Source of the DNA: Lama guanicoe
Lineage: Eukaryota
DNA length: 64,000 nt
Assembly (NCBI GenBank): GCA_013239625.1
Contig: MU053561.1
Span: forward strand, 5,382,439 to 5,446,438
Direction of reading: 5' to 3'
Part shown: piece after piece, positions 61,900 to 64,000 of the stretch
Layout of the letters: each line of letters starts with the position of its first letter
How positions within the stretch are numbered: the first letter of the stretch is position 1
Program-made: the position numbers and the translations under genes
The notes under the pieces: model-generated
Told to the model about the DNA's origin: nothing
The model's database searches: none
Seen by the model: only the letters and a program-made list of their open reading frames with translations

Positions 61900-62750
61900 A
61901 CTGACTCATTAAGATAGTCAGGGAAAGAAATGATGAGCCAAAGATTTCATATCTATCCAAACAAACTTTAAAGTAAAAGGCCACAGGCAAACTGCTAAGA
62001 TGATCCTGTGACCCCTTCGTGGAAATCTGGTCAAGAACAAGCTTTAGAGAATCACAATTATCGAAAAAACAACAGCAGGAGGGCTGATGGTTGGATTAAA
62101 TAGCTGTTTACCCATAGAACAGAGAATAAATGAGGTTTATAAAGGGGAGAGTGCAGTATGTAATGGCTGTTTGCATTCCAATCTAGATAAAGCTCAAGAA
62201 TCAAAAAACAGTGAGAATGAGAAAAGCATATGCAAAGCAGAATAAGCTTGCTGATTACCTTATGTTTGTGGGGAATAAAAAGATATTACTTCAAGCCAGA
62301 AGATGGGAGAAGGAAAGGAAAGGGGGAAGAAGAAATGACTAGACAATTTTAATATTGCTCATACATAAAGGAACAAAAAGAAAAAAAAGATGGAGGAGGA
62401 ACAAAGACCATTTATAAAAGTATAAAGGTAGCCATCAGAATAAAGATACAAATCTTCCTAAAAAGAGAAATCAAGTAAAATAGACTATATAGTGCAAGGC
62501 TTTTTATATAGAAGACTTGTATATGGGTAAAATAGAAAAACATGACAAAACTGAGACTAAACATACAGATCACATCAATAAATATAAAGTTTTACATTGG
62601 CTACAAAGTTCGACACTTTTTAAAGCAAAGAAATTCGGAAAGATAAGAGAATAAAAAGATGGATAAAGATTTGTCAGGCAAATGCAAAGAAAAGAAGGTA
62701 GGAGTTGCAATTCTAAAATCTGACAAGGTAGATTTATGGGAGAAAATCAT
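61900..62750 (+). mobile_element. Old L1 fragment (ORF1 end / ORF2 endonuclease start)
   Basis: ataaaaagatggataaagatttgtcaggcaaatgcaaag...gttgcaattctaaaatctgacaaggtagattt resembles the L1 endonuclease region. Confidence 0.6.
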
Positions 62751-64000
62751 AAGGAGTCAGATTTTTAAAACAAAATATTTTATAACATGTTAAGGAATCC
62801 AGATTTGCAGTCAATAGGAGTCTTGAAGGCTTAACCATAGATGGACAAGAATCAGACGTGCACGTTAAAGATGGACTAGACTGATGTGACATGAGAGGCA
62901 AGGGGTACAACTAGAATCGGGCAAGGTGACAATTACTGCTTAAATATCTACACTAGACCAAGTGGTTTACACTCATGTTCTCACTTTAATTCTAATAATT
63001 GTATGAAGTGAGCCTTATTATTCATATTTCATATACAGAGATTCTGAATCTTCCTAAGCTTCAGAATCTACATATACGAACCTGCCCAAGTGAACCAACT
63101 AGTAAAATGCTAGAATCAACATTTTAAAGTCAGTTGTACTTAACTCTTTGCCACCATACAATGCTATTTGTTTTTTTGTTTTTTAAGGTCCGTAAGAAAG
63201 AGTGAGGGTCTACCACAGTGCAGAGGGATAGGTATTTAAGAAACATAATTAGGAAGTTTGGTGATGGACTAGACATTGTGAGAGACTAACTAATAATAAC
63301 AAAACAAAAGAAATCAAGAATTCCTGAGGCATATAATATAAAAGCTAGTATCCACAAGGAGTTACAAAGACACCAAAAAGTAACCAGAATGTCCTTTTAT
63401 GCCCTTTTATTGTTTACTGCTTTTATTCTTCCCCAGACCTACACTAATTAAACCAAGTACACATCATTTGTTATGCGTCTTTTAAAAAAAGCCCCAAACA
63501 CGATTACAACAATAACCAGGTCCTGAAGAAAACTATTAAGACTGGAATAAATACACCAACATTCAGATAAAAATTCAAAATGGATTACCACAAAGGTGGC
63601 ACTGCATGCTTCCTTCTTTTTCCCTTTGGGGAAAGGGCAGATTTTTAAATTAGTAACAGCCTCATACTACCAAAATGTTTATTTTCAGCGTACAAGGCAT
63701 TGAGAGCAAAAAAGTCTTCTTACTGCACAGGCTTCAGAAACTGATTTACAGGAATAAAAGCTAGTTAGCAACACGTACATTTAAATTCTTAAAGTCTTAC
63801 GACTTGTTACAAAGTCACAATATAGAGTCTTCTCGTTTTTCTATTTTTAAAAACAAAACCCTTGAAAATCCTCTGAAAAATTTTCTCTTCATCTAATTTT
63901 TGTTTCATTCTATGGCTCCAACTTAGTCTTCACAATTTCATACAAGATACTCTACTGAATTATTTCTAGATGTTTGATTAGTTAAATAAAGATATTCTGG

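Overview
Mammalian genomic DNA, not prokaryotic. Seven copies of a tRNA-derived SINE resembling camelid Vic-1 suggest a camel, alpaca or llama source. The window lies entirely inside MAGI3 on the minus strand. Thirteen consecutive internal coding exons (matching human exons 3-15, from memory) splice at GT-AG sites into a stop-free 2196-nt (732-codon) frame. It encodes the end of the guanylate-kinase-like domain, two WW domains, three PDZ domains and the start of a fourth. The remainder is intron filled with L1, L2, MIR, LTR, DNA-transposon and SINE relics, and most ORFs in the supplied track are spurious or L1 debris. I found no new multi-gene system. The strongest second-look items are: a complete intronic poly(A) site after the large exon 10; a CpG-rich, in-frame 126-nt alternative extension of micro-exon 11; a candidate poison exon in intron 7; a NAGNAG acceptor at exon 5; a nested, rearranged L1 cluster; and inverted SINE pairs. 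Repeat subfamily names are by eye and need RepeatMasker/Dfam confirmation.
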